The notes: a model not told the origin generated them from the sequence alone. DNA of 64,000 bases from Carcharhinus longimanus (GCA_030264375.1 JASCQW010000027.1:45049034-45113033), one strand, 5' to 3'. Counted from the first letter of the stretch, positions 11,406-25,200 are shown. Made by a program: numbers and translations.

Positions 11406-13879
11406 GGAGGGAGAAATGTATTCAACCGTTGCTGTTATTCATTTTATTTGTTGTGTATGATATATTGTGTGCAAATTGGTTGGGATGTTAGCTACATAAC
11501 AGTAACTGTGTTTTTCTGTGTTGTAAACATAATCCTATGTCATGCTTCAAGAAGCAATTAACTGTGAAGTGTTTTGGGACCTAAGCACTTTATAATTCAA
11601 GTTTCATTGGTTCTTTGCATTTCAGTTATTCCCAAAAGCTATTGTTCCCATTAACAAGGCTAGAGTTTCCTTTGGGATGGAGTATGTATTTTTGGCACAA
11701 GGGTGTAGCTGAGCTGGAAAAAGGCAGAGAAAAACTACGAGAAAAGTAAGGTATTGGTGAATAAATCATGTACAATCATGTGAGTATAGACTTATTGTAG
11801 AGAAATAACTGAAGGAGGCACAATTGGAATCTTCAAAGGAATAAGGCTCAAGGATGCAACTGATCAGCCTGGTATATTTGATTTGGTGTGGGAAGATGAT
11901 GGATATGAAGCAAAAAGGAACACATTCAGGCAGGACAAAATAAATCATGGCCTGAATTTTATGTTCTCACACAGATGGGTTTTTAGGCAGCACAGAGCGT
12001 GAAATTACAGGGATGGGATTCCCTCGGGTTTCCAGAAAGTCCACCCTTGCCTCAATTGAGGCCCTTAAGTGGCCAATTAATGGCCACATAAGTCATTTCC
12101 TGCCCAGTCTCAGTGTTTAGGGTGTTGGGAACATTGANNNNNNNNNNNNNNNNNNNNNNNNNNNNNNNNNNNNNNNNNNNNNNNNNNNNNNNNNNNNNNN
12201 NNNNNNNNNNNNNNNNNNNNNNNNNNNNNNNNNNNNNNNNNNNNNNNNNNNNNNNNNNNNNNNNNNNNNNNNNNNNNNNNNNNNNNNNNCACGTTGGCTA
12301 TGGTGGGTTAGTGTAGTTCCTCTTCTGTCCACTTCAGCACTATTGCTGCTGGGATAGGAAAGATGCTGATGAATTTGATTGGTCAAAAGCTCTCTAAAGT
12401 AGACTTGCTCGCAAGTGAGGGGCAAGAGTCCTGCCTGCAGCCAATCAACGCTCACTGGAGTATAAATTGGCTGCAGGGCAGTCATCAGATTCTTCAGATG
12501 GCAGGAAAGATGAGCCACTGCCATCCAAAAAAACTCAGGTCCAAGACTAGTTTGAGAGGATGGTTAGTTTTTGCAGGAGCTTACCAAATGAAATTACAAT
12601 TACTTGGAATGAGGTCAAATTGGATGTATATCTCAAGAAGAAATACATCATTGGTTACAACTGTTAGGTCACAGGAAAAGGAATGAGAGTGACCTGAGGT
12701 CTGTGCTGATCTTGAAGTTATATCTTTCTTCAACTACTTATTTGAATATTATAATTGGTACAGCTATTAAGGGAAAGGTCACATATTGCATTGTTTAATT
12801 TGGATAGGAATACAGTCGCTAATTGTTGATCAATTGTTCATGGATNNNNNNNNNNTGGGGGAAGGAGTCCCAAACTGATTATCAGCCGGTTGAACAGCAT
12901 TATGAACACTCCTTCCTTCCATGGGCAACAAGTCCTAACATTGGACTTGAAGCCAGACTTTTGGTTCAGAGATAGGGATGCTATCACTGTACCACAAGAT
13001 GGTTAGTATATTACACCACCACAGTTTAGATAATATGACCAAAACAAATAAAAAATTTATGCTGGGACTTTCCTCTGGGGTTCACCAGATTAGCCACCAT
13101 AACATTCGAAGAAAGTTGAAAAAGATATGTAAATTCTGATGGCAGTCAATCAGAAACATTCTGAAGAAAATTTCTTGCATTCATGTTTTTCACAAGAAGA
13201 TTAAATCTTTTCAGTTGTGTTGCCCTCACATTCAAAATAACTGCTCTCTGGTCCTTGCTAAACTATTCCCTCTATATAAACTCTCCTATACATAATCATG
13301 CCCACCCACTTGGCTTTTCCACCTCCCATGTCCTCTCCATTTCTTTGGTCCCAAATATTTGAAATTCCAATCACTCCCACGGATCGTTCGCTACCTAGAC
13401 CATCTCATTCTCCATCCATCTTGTTTTCTTCCACATTTGCTCCTGTTCTCTTTGCTTGTTTCCCTACAATTGCTGCCTCAAGTTCTGTATTAGCTATTCT
13501 TTAGTCCAAGCTACCACAATATCATTGCAACTATTGATTTGCTTAGCTACTCCCTCGTCTACATCTTTGATGTTTAATGTAGCCAGCAAAATATTCATTC
13601 TCCCAATCTAGTTATTTTTCTACAACTTTGTTAAACTTGACCATATCTGGTGCAAAACTTGCTTGCCTATCTATCACTAGATATGTCTGGTGCACAGAAC
13701 TCGCAAATGAACCTCACCCTCCTTGCCACTTTGTCCATAAGTTGGAGAAAATCCCTCTCCTTTTCTCACTAAGCCCATCCATCCTAAGTCAACACATAGT
13801 TCTCTAAGATCACCTTGTTGATTAAACCTACTCCTTACTGCCTCAATTCCTTAGAGCCTTTGAGGTGGTGACAGATTGA

Positions 13880-14145
13880 GTAAAGTTATTTATTGGTCAC
13901 AAGTAATCTTACATTAATATTGCAATGAAGTTACTGTGAAAATCCCACATTCCGATGTTTGCTCAGTCTCACTGAGGGAGAATTTAGCAAGGCCAATTCA
14001 CCTAACCTGCACGTTTTTTTGGACAGTGGAGGAAACCGGAGCACCCAGAGGAAATCCACGCAGGCACAGAGAATGTGCAGATTTCCCACAGACAGTGACC
14101 CAAGCCGGGAACTGAACCTGGTGCTGTGAGGCAGCAGTGCTAACC
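13880..14145 (-). mobile_element. V-SINE/HE1-like SINE
   Basis: Reverse complement of the 10515 family (gtcacaagta...ggaaaccggagcaccc...gctgtgaggcagcagtgctaacc). Confidence 0.8.
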
Positions 14146-14949
14146 GCTTAGCGGATTAAGGGGACATGCAATAGATGTGGTGCACATGGACTGAAAGAAG
14201 GTTAAGGTGATATGTAATTAGGGGGATGGTAGAAAACTAGATTAAAAACTGATTGAAAAAGAGAAAGGAGGGTAGAAGTTATGAGTAATAATAGCAAAAT
14301 ACTGCAGATGTTGGAGAGTTGAAGTAAAAACAAAATCCTGGAAAAACTTGGGTCTGGAAAAATCTGTGGTGAGAGAAACAGAGTTAACATTTTAAATCCA
14401 ATATGACTTCAGAACTCTGAAGTTATGAGTGGTTTTCAGAGAGTTGGAAGTGGCTCAATTCTGGTGTCACCTTTGTATGATGTCAATATAATTGACTTAG
14501 ATATAGACCTAGAGGGAACAGTATTGCGATTTGAAGATGATACTAGGAACTTTAGTTAATCCCTTAAAAAATAGGGTGCTCTATTGCATCAAGAAACACC
14601 CTTTTCTAAAAAATCTATCACAAAGAATTTGATCTTCTGGGCTTTCTGCAATTGTTCTGATGATGAAAAGAATAATGGACAAATTCTTACTGAGGAACAC
14701 ACGAACACAAAAAAGGGGCTTGTCAGGTAGCACCATGATAATCTGTGCCCCTACAGGTGAGATGTTGGAGTCCTTCTCTGTATCAACATGGCTTCCAGTT
14801 ATAATGAATTCTATATTGTGATTTATTGTTCGGAATGCACTCCATGTGTTTGTATGCTGATGTACAATAGATAAAAACAGTGCAGGCTAAAAACTGCAAG
14901 ATGAAATATTTGAACAAAACATCTTGTAGGTTCCAAAACTATTTGGCAT

Positions 14950-15470
14950 TATTTTCCTCTCTACCCAAAGTTAAGGAAATTATGCTGAAACTTTATAAAG
15001 CTCTGGTTAGGCCCCAGCTAGAGAGATGCACCAGTTCTGGAAAGACTTGAAAGCTTTTACATGGTCCGGAGATGGGAGATTTTAATTAAAAGCTTGTTTT
15101 TCTTGAAGCAAAGGAGGGGAAATTTGATAGGGATGTACTAAATTATGACAGGCGTAGATAAGGAAGCATAAAGAAAACTTTTTCCCATTAACTGATGGTA
15201 CAAGCACAATGGGGACAGATTTTAGATTATGGACAAGAGATGGAGGGTATGTGAGGAAGAACTTTTTATGCAGCAAGTAATAATTACTTGGAATTCGTTG
15301 CCCATGAGGACGGTGGAAGTGAAAACAATCAATGATTTCAAAAAGAAATTGTTTGGATGTTTGAAAGAAATAAACTTGCAGAACTGTGAAGAAGTCAAAC
15401 TGATTGCATTACTCTGCAGGGTGCTAACAGACTCCATAGGCCAAATGGTCGCCTCCTGTGATTCTATAAA
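14950..15470 (+). mobile_element. CR1 LINE 3' fragment
   Basis: Degenerate coding LKLYKALVRPQLE and FMQQVIITWNSLP, followed by a CR1-type tail. Confidence 0.7.
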
Positions 15471-16059
15471 CAATATTAGACGGGCAGTATTGATATTTCA
15501 CTCAGATGCCCATTATTCATTTAATGTCAGCAATTTAGTTGACCATAGAAAGTATCACAACCATGCACCGAACCTGGTCAGTTTGCATCTGCAAAGATAA
15601 ACTGGAGAATTTTCAACATTTGCTTTGCAAGGGATATTAGAATGCTTTATGGATATGAAAACATTTGATAGCAGATAGGCTTACTCTGAACATCTTACTC
15701 TGAAAACTCCATCTGCTACAGTGTGAGCTTCTGTAGTGCAGCTTTCATGTTTTTTTTGTATTCCGACTGTCTATAAATAACATTTTGTTACAATGCCATC
15801 ATAGCATTTTCCTGTTTACCAGCTTTGTTAAGTGCAACTGTTTAGAGAAGTTTGGGGAAAGATGAGAATATTTATGAAAAAATATCTAAATTTTTACTCT
15901 AAGCAACCTTCACAAGCATTTGCCTTGAACACCTTTCTTTCATTAGAGAATAGTGATAAATAATTGTTTACTAACACATTATACTAGATGCATCTATAGT
16001 AACTTGTTTGAAGATTCTTAAGAGTATAAAAATTGGGATAGATCATTTGGGGTGAACGG

Positions 16060-16700
16060 CCTATTTCCGTGCTATAGATATGTAAGTTTTTAAATGATTG
16101 TTATTTATGGGGTACAAAATGGGGAATTTCAGGAGGGAATTCCAGACAATGGGATCAAAGAGACTAGAGATTCTGTCACCAGTGGTGGGATTAAGACAGC
16201 AATGCCAAAAAGACACACTCAGAGGAACTAAGAGAGGAGGATGTATGAAAGGAATGTTTTGGGATTGAGTGGGGTGAGACCACGGTGGCACTAAAGATGA
16301 GAATTTGAAATTTGGGACATAGGAATAAGATAAACTAGCAACAAAAGGTGATGGGTGAGCAGGACTCAGCGTGGGATAGCATATTGGCAACAAAGTCTTT
16401 AACAAGCTGGATAACAGACCAGTAAGGAGAAGATTAAATGAGTCAAGTTTAGAGGTAACAAAGATATAAATAAGGTGAAGTTTTTGGCAGCCGAAGGGAT
16501 GGAGCATGGTAGAAACAACCAATGTTGTGGAAGTAAGTAGTCTTTGGAAGGAGAGGATATAGAGTGTATAATTCAGACTGGAATAATGGGTTGCATGTTG
16601 TCAGAGACTTTTGTCAAAGTGTATAATGGAGCCAATGGCAATGAAGCTTGAGGTTTTGGTCTTTCCAATGTTGAGTTGGAGAGGTTTGGAAAATCCCCCA
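16060..16700 (-). mobile_element. Degraded L2-clade LINE fragment
   Basis: Minus-strand translation contains IFVTSKLDSFNLLLTGL and P.VWNSL. Confidence 0.55.
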
Positions 16701-17074
16701 TGCTTAGTTTTTTTCTTCAAGGAAAACATTACAGTATGTATACTGTGCATAAATTGTGTAAATTTGATATTGCATCAATTGTGTACATTTTTATTATTTG
16801 AAATGTCCTTCAGCTTAGAAAACCGCAACTACCTGCTTCATCAACTGATAGTGAAGTTTACTTTGTATTTTGGGTGAAATAGGTTCAGTGGTGGTACCAG
16901 AAGAGAAAAATGCTGGAAAATCTCAGCAAGTCTGGCAGCATCTGTAAGGAGAGAAAAGAGTTTAGATCACGTTGTCAAAACTCAGTGAGGGAACATATTC
17001 CACATACAATCAATATCTAGCAGAATATATAAAAGTGTTTTACATATGTCAGACACTTTAGCTCAAGACTATAA

Positions 17075-17292
17075 TGGGTGGGATGTTGGTTAGCTCGGTT
17101 GGCTGGACAGCTGGTTCTTGACGCAGAATGTCCACAATGCAGGTTCAATTCCTGTACTGCTGAGATTATTCATGAACCTTTTCAGCCTTGCCCCTTGCCT
17201 GAGGTTTGGTGATGCTCAGGTTAAATCACCACCAGTCACTCTTTGGGAGGGAGAGCAGCCTTAGTCATTTGGGAGCAAGTAGACTTTACCTT
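17075..17292 (+). mobile_element. tRNA-derived SINE (second family)
   Basis: ggttagctcggttgg A-box and ggttcaattcc B-box. The body ccttgccccttgcctgagg...gagagcagcc also occurs inverted at 57898-58045. Confidence 0.65.
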
Positions 17293-18479
17293 ACCTATGA
17301 TAGATTTTAATGTTTATATTTATACGATAAATATCTATGGGAACAAGAAATACATGCAATGATTGTTTTAAGGGAGTGCAACATGTAGTTCATTCAGTCA
17401 AAAGCAGACATTAAGCCAACACTTGATGGCCGGCACAGATACAATGGGCCAAAGGGTCTCTCTTTGCTGCTGTAAAATTCTTGGACTTATTGAGATTCAG
17501 AACGTACATTTTGTACACAAATTATATTTTGCATTGAATCAATGGACAAGAAAGACCCAATTTTCCAGTTGAGTTGGCAAAACTCAAACCAACCTTAAGT
17601 GCTGTCTTTTAAAAGAGATTCCACCAGAATTAAACCAACAGAAAATAGTAAGTCAGAGCTTCCAAAAACTGAAAATGCTGGAAAATCTCAGCAGGTCTGA
17701 CTGGAAATAGAACCAACGTTTGGAGTCTGGATGACCCTCTGTCAGAACTTCTTATGCTAGAAGACTACTGAGTCTGTATGATGTATTCAAGTACAACTTA
17801 AGCTCAAAATAATTACACCAGCAAGCTTCTAAGTTAAGACTTACTGAGATAGAAAAAAATCCCTATCGCTTTAAAATGCAGTGATGCACTGGTGTGTAGT
17901 CACAAGCTTAAGTGCACCCATCGTGACCCTATTATAAGCCAGTTGCTTATAACCATCATCTGATGAAACCTCCAGAAATAGATTCGAGTTGGCAACAGTG
18001 CAGAGAGGAGGCAAAAAGTAAAAAAAATGCAGCAGGGTGAATTCCACTCCAGGTGAAGTTTAGCGCACACATTATTCTGTAAGCTCTTTTTAGTCATAGA
18101 AACTCGAAGCAGGAGTAGGCCATTCGGCCCTTCGAGCTCTGGACTTTAACTCTGTTGCTCTGTCCAACGATGCTGTCAGACATGCATTTTCTGTTTGTTT
18201 CAGAATTCCAACATCCAACGGTATGTCTGCTTTAAGGTTTAGAAACATAGAAAGTGGAAGCAGAAGTAGGCCATTCAGCCCTTCGAACCTACTCCACCAT
18301 TCATTCCCATCATAGGTGACCATCCAATTTAATATCCTGATTCCCCCCCCCCCCAATTTCATTTCATATCTATACATATCTATCCATTCCATAATTATAT
18401 TGAGGGGAGAGGGGGGGAATTTGCCTGTTAGCCATCTCAAACCCTGTCCCAGATGATGGAGTGTGGAGTTATATTTGGG

Positions 18480-19100
18480 GAGCTGTTTACCATAGGAGTC
18501 TCCCCAGCCCCAGGGATCTGTTGTATGGGCGCTGTGCGCGCTTCAGTGAGGGCAGACCAGCCTCGCCCGCAGACACCGCCGCCCGGCCACCAGGGGCGCT
18601 GCTCTCCTTTTGTTTCCGGGTCAGGGGTGAGGGCGCCATATTGTCGGGCTGCGAGCGAGCGGGCGGGAGGCCGGCCGAGCGAGGGAGGTGAGTGCGCGGA
18701 AAGAACCGGATTGTGCCGGGCTGGGGAGAGAGCGAGGGGAAGACGGCGGGCGAGAGCGGGGTAACTCGGAATCTGCACCCGGAGGAAGGGCCTACCGACA
18801 CACCGAGCTGGGTCTCCGCCTCCGCGGGAGAAGGCCCCGAGCCTCCGGGCTGAGTGAAGATGGCGTCGGTGGAGGGGGTGTGGGCAGCGCGGAGCGGATC
18901 CCGCGGTGACCCCCGGGCCACCGGGTGGTTTTAAACCTGGGAGTCCCGGGCTCGGGAGCCCGGGCGGTGTGGAGCTGCAGCTCGGCCTTCGCCCCCAGTC
19001 AGACATCAGCGATGTGGCTGCAGCTCCCCGGGGAGAGCCCCTTCCAACAAATATTCCCTCGGCAGAAACATCCCCGCCCCTCCAGCCAGGCCATGGTGTC
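18480..19100 (+). promoter_or_regulatory. PNISR: CpG island and promoter of PNISR
   Basis: The only strongly GC- and CpG-rich stretch in an AT-rich window. YY1-type motifs GCGCCATATTG (18633-18643) and AAGATGGCG (18857-18865); ETS-like TTTCCGG (18613-18619). Confidence 0.85.
18620..18687 (+). other. PNISR: Putative non-coding exon 1 of PNISR (start approximate)
   Basis: Consensus donor GAG|GTGAGT at 18687/18688, just downstream of the YY1 motif. The transcription start is inferred only. Confidence 0.6.
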
Positions 19101-19784
19101 GAGTTCAAAACTAATCTTGGAAACATGATCCTGCTTTGTCAGTTTACTTCGGGAATTGGAGCATTTATGAAATGCAATTCCGCTGTTTTGTAATAAAAAC
19201 AAATCCTTCGTCTATCAGCCACCATTTATTCCAGGAGTCCGTCGTGTCTGACTAGGAAATTATCAGTTTAATAAATGGAACGATTGACGGAGAAATTGTG
19301 AAGTCCTGAAACTGATTTCATTCTTTTACAAAAAAAGGATCCAGTCTTTGGAGAGATCTGTTACACCTTGGTACGCCATTTGCTAATCGTCCATGACCAA
19401 AATAAGATTCTGCTAACTGCAAGTGTATTTTTGCCCCATTTAAAATTATGAAAATATATCCCAAATTGATTTTTGCACCTGAGTGGCTCTTTTTGGGTAA
19501 AGTCAAGTATTCAGTTTCTGTAAATGTGCGTAGAGTTTGTTCTTCCGAGTTGTCCATATGCTTATTAAAACAGTTTATTTCGCAAGGTTGCTAACAAAAT
19601 ACTTTTGTAAGGGATCTGTCCGGTAGAAACATACCTCATCTACCTCAGTTCATAAAGTTCGCCCTGCTTATTGTGCACATTCTGAAAATTCCCTAGTAGA
19701 AGACTATCAAACGAAACGTCAATAAGTGCTGTTACTTTTGTAACCATAGTTCGAACAGACGTCCACGATTGGATACCCTCAAGG

Positions 19785-20225
19785 GACCACACTGGTTAGC
19801 ACTGCTGCCTCACAGCGACCTGGGTTTTATTCCCTTTCTTGGGTCACTGTGCAGAGTCTGCACGTCCTATGTAATTATTTAAATGCTCTTTAAAAGATAA
19901 AATTGTACCTGCCTCTACTACTATTTCTGGCAGCTTGTTCGAGACTCACCACCCTCTGAAAAAAATTGCCCTTCGGGACACTTTTGTATCTCTCACCTTA
20001 AACCTATGCCCTCTGGTTTTAGACTCCTCTATCTTTGGGATGCACGGGTTTCCTCCTGGTGTTCCGGTTTCCTCCCACAGTCGGAAAGACATTCTAGTTA
20101 AGTGCATTGGCTATGCTAAATTCTCCCTCAGTGTACCTGAACAGATGCCAACTAGGGGATTTTCAAAGTAATTTTATTGCAGTGTTAATATAAGCCTACT
20201 TGTGACACAAATAAATAAACTTTAA
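19785..20225 (+). mobile_element. V-SINE/HE1-like SINE interrupted by an antisense CR1 fragment (about 19870-20040)
   Basis: SINE head ggttagcactgctgcctcacagc...tctgcacgt, resuming at gggtttcctcctggtgttccgg and ending with the family tail. Confidence 0.7.
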
Positions 20226-20589
20226 AGTATAAGGCACGACTGCTGTTGGAGTTTAGGAGCAGCTTATCTGCACTGCTCTCAAATACTTGCCTGCTGAAGA
20301 TCACCCTGTCTGTAAAGTTGTTGACTTGAGTGTTATTTAGAGCTGTCTTTAAAGAATTCAAGGCTCCAGTGATGGGTTTAATATTCCAGATCTCATTAGT
20401 AAACTTGGCAGGTATGCCTGGTTCTGTCATCAGCTCAAAAGTTCACCACAGAAGAGTGATTCTTTCAATTATGTGTCACTTTGAGGCCATCTGAACTTTG
20501 CTAGTTCTCTCTTTACCAGAAATCCATTTTGCAGCCTGGCCCTGGGTGTTCCACATGGGACATAAGTGCTCTTAAACGGTATGTCACAT

Positions 20590-21875
20590 TGTGAGTGAAA
20601 AATCATGTCTCTCAAATTTAATTGAGATTTTTGAAGAGGTAACCAAGAAAGTAGATGAGGGCAGTGCAGTTGATGTTGTCTACCTGGACTTCAGCAAGGC
20701 CTTTGACAAGGTACCGCATGGTAGTTGTTGCCTAAGGTTAAATCTCACGGGATCCAAGGTGATGTATCTAAATGGATACAAAATTGGCTTCTGTCAAGAA
20801 GCCAGAGAGTGGTTATAAAGAGTTGTTTTTCAAACTGGAGGCCTGTGACCAGCGGTGTGCCTCAGGGATTAGTGCTGGGCCTGCTGTTTTTTGTCATTTA
20901 TATTAATGATTTGGATGAGAATATAGGGGGCATGGTTAGTAAGTTTGCAGATGACACCAAGATTGATGGCACAGTGGACAGTGAAGAAAGTTTTCTCCAA
21001 TTGTAATGGGATCTTGATCAATTGGGCCAGTGGGCTGATGAATGGGAGATGGAGTTTAATTTAGACAAATGCAAGGTGATGCATTTTGGTAGATTAAACC
21101 AGGGAAGGACTTATTCAGTTAATGGTAAGGCATCGGGAAGTGTACAGAACAAAGAGATCTATGGGCACACGTTTATAGCTCCTTGAAAGTGGAGTCATAG
21201 GTGGACAGAGTGGTGAAGGTGGCATTCAGCATGCTTGGTTTCATCAGTCAGAACATTGAATACAGAAGTTGGGACATCTTGTTGAAGTTTTACAAGACAC
21301 TGGTAAGACCACACTTGGAATACTGTGTGCAATTCTGGTCACCCGATTATAGAAATGATATTATTAAACTAGAAAGAGTGCAGAAAAGATTTACTAGGAT
21401 GTTTCCGGGACTTGATGGATTGAGTTATAAGGAGAGGCTGCATAGACTGCGATTTTCTCTCTGCAGCATAGGAGGCTGAGGGGTGACCTTATAATGAGGG
21501 GCATAGACAAGGTAGGTAGTCAATATCTTTTCCCAAAGATAGAGGAGTCTAAAACTAGAGGGCATTGGTTTAAGGTGAGAGGGGAGAGATACAAAAGGGT
21601 CCAAAGGGGNNNNNNNNNNNNNNNNNNNNNNNNNNNNNNNNNNNNNNNNNNNNNNNNNNNNNNNNNNNNNNNNNNNNNNNNNNNNNNNNNNNNNNNNNNN
21701 NNNNNNNNNAGGCAAATTCGATAGGGTCTTTCAAGAGACTTCTGGATGAGTACATGGAACTTAATAGAATTGAGGGTTATAGGTAATCCTAGTAGGTATT
21801 GATATCATCGGTGCAACTTGTGGGCCGAAGGGCCTGTTTGTGCTGTAGTTTTTCTATGTTCTATGTTCTATATCT
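20590..21875 (+). mobile_element. 5'-truncated CR1 LINE (RT domain to 3' tail)
   Basis: SCLSNLIEIFEEVTK, VYLDFSKAFDKVPH, SGVPQG, FADDTK, LVRPHLEYCVQFWSP; ends in (ttctatg)n. Frameshifted. Confidence 0.92.
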
Positions 21876-21989
21876 GACGGCCAGACCTCTTTCTAAGTTC
21901 TTCTGAAGTTTTAGCCTGGGGCCGTGAGGAATCCAGTTTCTCGGTGTTACCTTGAGGAAGGCCAGCTGAAGACTTGCTATGGAGAGGGG

Positions 21990-22340
21990 GAAGTGATAGT
22001 GGTACTATCATTAGACTATTAATGCAGAAATTCAGTTAATATTCTGGAGACCTGGGTTCGAATCCTGTCAAGGCAGATGGTGGAATTTGAATTTGATTAA
22101 AAAAAAATCTAGAATTAAGAATCTACCGATGACCATGAAACCATTGATGATTGTTGGGAAAACTCCTCTGGTTCACGAGTGTCCTTTAGGGAAGGAAATC
22201 TGTCATCCTTACCTATCCTACGTGTGTCTCCAGATCCATAGCAATGTGGTTGACTCTCAACTGCCCACTCAAGGGCAACTAGTGATAGGCAATAAATGCT
22301 GGCCAGCCAGTGACGCCATGTCTCACGAATAAAAAAAAGG
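21990..22340 (+). mobile_element. tRNA-derived SINE (Deu/SacSINE1-like)
   Basis: gggttcgaatcc B-box, gtcctttagggaaggaaatctg core, tail ggcaataaatgctggcc...aataaaaaaa. Related copy at 60785-61175. Confidence 0.7.
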
Positions 22341-23689
22341 ATCTGTATGGCCAGGGAAAGATCTGGCTGTCTTTGTGCATTGTTGCGAGCCAGCAGTGTA
22401 GGCTGAAAATGAGAAGCAAACAAGCATACACAAGTGCTTGCTCTCTACACCCACAGATCATACTGACCTGTTGGACACACATTTGCACTTGATTATTTAT
22501 TGCACTGTTATATAATTGATGGTTATTTTGATTTACTATTAATGTTTCTTTAACCTGTTTGATATTTTTTAACCTGTTGTTTTTCAAATGGGAGGCCTGT
22601 GACCAACGATGCGCCTCAGGGATCAGTGCTGGGCCTACTGTTATTTATCATTCATATCATTGATTTGGATGAGAATATAGGGGGCATGGTTAGTAAGTTT
22701 GCAGATGACACCAAGATTGATGGCATGGTGGACAGTGAGTAAGGTTATCTCCAGTTACTACACCAGCTGCAAGTTATTCAATTGACAGCTACAGGAATTT
22801 CTAGGAGCTAAAGTGAATCAACAATTGTAACACACCTCTCTTCCATTTCCCCATGAGTACCTTTTGAGATCCATTCTTGAGCTAAGGCAGTACTCTTGAA
22901 GCCACTCAGCATTATATCCCAAATTGGTGTCAATGCTGTCTTTCAGAGAAGAAAAAAAAAATCCCTTCCACAATTTAATATAATCTAACACATCATTGGG
23001 AACATTAAATCTATGGTATAAACCATGTGCATAAAATCACAAAGGTTTATTTTGCTGTTAACCTGAAAGTAAGCAAAGTTCACACTTACCTTGGGCTAGA
23101 TTAAATTCTGTTGCTGTAAAATGAAGTGGATATCACTTTTATAGTGAGTTCTCTTGATTGGTTCTCTAGTAGCAGCTGCAGTTTAAATTGAATACAAGAT
23201 GCAAAGTGTTTGAATGTGTCTCCTTTTTGTTCACTTAATTTTGTTACTTAAGGTGATGGGTTAGAAGTTTTTTTGGAATGAGGTGTCTTTTTCCACATGA
23301 CAGTGCTCCATAGCCCAATAACATCTAGTCTTTAAAGTGTGTCATAGATTCAGAATGATAGCTATAATGCTTAGCACACATGCAAACTATGACTTTCATT
23401 AAAGCTGCTCATGATGTAATCTCTATTTGATATTTGTACATAAGTAGTATAACTTCATCTTTGATTAGGCTGTACCACCAAACATGCATATTATCTTTTG
23501 AGTCTTATATTATTACTTGAAAAACTTCTTTGTACTAAGAAGGGATCCACTTTAGCCCCAAAGAACTTGACTTCATGACAAAATGTAGTGAAGAAAATCT
23601 GAAGTATTGTTTTCCCTCTGATGAGCAACCTTTTGCAGTAAAATAATAGGAACTAAAAATTGTTCCAGAACTATTCTAAACTTCTTAAT

Positions 23690-24045
23690 AGAACATAGAA
23701 CACTACAGCACAAACAGGCCCTTCGGCCCACGAGTTGCGCCGATCACATCAACACCCTCCACTCTATAGACCTATCTATAACCCCCAATCCCATTAAACC
23801 CCATATACNNNNNNNNNNNNNNNNNNNNNNNNNNNNNNNNNNNNNNNNNNNNNNNNNNNNNNNNNNNNNNNNNNNNNNNNNNNNNNNNNNNNNNNNNNNN
23901 NNNNNNNNGTGTACTCGTTCATCCCGTTGGTTCTGCCAAAATGGACGACTACACATTTATCCGCGTTGAAGTCCATCTGCCACTTTTCCGCCCATTCCTG
24001 CATCCTATCAATGTCCTGCTGCAACTTTTGACATCCTTCCAGACC
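23690..24045 (-). mobile_element. CR1 LINE 3' fragment containing an N gap
   Basis: Inverted tail tagaacatagaa; LQQDIDRMQEWAEKWQMDFNADKCVVVHFG. Confidence 0.85.
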
Positions 24046-24599
24046 ATCAGTGTTGAAATGTAAATTCCGTAAGAATTTGCTTTCACACTGAAACATGTCT
24101 CTTGATTTTATGATATAATTTAGTAACTGTGAAATCTAAATATCTCAATTATTAAAACCGTCCTATTAGAAAAATTGGCCAGATGATGGCACCTGTGCTT
24201 AAAATTTATGTTACTGAGGAAAGCATTATTGAACCTGGTTCTAATAACAAATTATACCGCTCAAATTAATTTGTTCTCCGGAATGAAATGTATGTGTACT
24301 TTAACAGAGAATTCAACTTACTTTTAAACATCTAAATCAGAAAGTTGAACAAGTATTGATATGATTGTTTTAGTTTGTTTCTTTCACAAATGGAAACAGT
24401 AAAATCCTAGCCTTTTCTCCTTTTGTGTTAGGTTTGCAGTATTTTGAATTTTTAACTGATATTCACACTTGTGTTGTAGAAACAAAGGCTGAGTTTGTTC
24501 AATTATAAGGAGCTTATATCATAACGTAGTGTGTTTGGGCCATGATGGTTTCTATTTTGTTCTCCCAGCTGTGCTGTTAGTGACTTCTGCCTTCATTCC

Positions 24600-25200
24600 A
24601 TGCAGCAGAAGTTTTTAAAACTGCTGTATGCTGAGGGTTCATTATTAGTCCACAGTAGAATTGTGATGGAGTGATTAAAATCAGGGATGCACAGGCAACC
24701 CATATTTGATGACTAGGTTCATGGAGATTGGAAGAGGTGAAGGATTTGAAACCAAAAATGAGAATTCTAAAATCAAGACATCTTTGACCAAGTCTCTATG
24801 CAGGTCAGTCATCAAAGATCGTAAGTGAACGGGACTTATTGTCAGTTACAACAGTGCGGCTGAGCTTTAGATGCCCACAAGTTCACGTAGGGTAAAAGAT
24901 GGGAGGTCAGGCAGGAGTACAGTAGAATAAATATGTTTAGAGATAATGGAGACATGAGTAAGTATTCTAGCTCCAAATGAGCTCATAGGAAAATTACAGA
25001 GGGAGAAATAGGCGGTGTTTGTGATAGCACAAATACATGATCAGTAGCTCATCTCAGGAGGCTGCTAACGCACTAAGTTAGTCTCCAATTGTTTCCAGGA
25101 AGAGGAGTGAAGTTGAAAGTAAGGGAATGGAGTTTGACATAAGAACTGGAAACAGTAATTTCCAGCTCGGAAACTTCCGTTCATTCAGTACCAGATGTCA
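24600..25200 (-). mobile_element. Degraded L2-clade LINE fragment
   Basis: Purine-rich strand with motifs shared with the 16060 and 36850 fragments (gatgagaattt.aaat, tagagRtaa.aaag). Confidence 0.45.

Noticed and set aside
18585-18600. CTCF-like ggccaccaggggcgct
   Set aside because: One G short of the CCACCAGGGGGCGC core spacing, in a GC-rich context.
18437-19202. Several overlapping ORFs of up to 229 aa on both strands
   Set aside because: Pro/Gly/Arg/Ala-rich products expected from stop-poor CpG-island sequence; no recognisable domain.
24410-24500. Possible non-coding exon 2 (acceptor ttttctccttttgtgttag)
   Set aside because: No convincing downstream donor, so it cannot be supported without transcripts.
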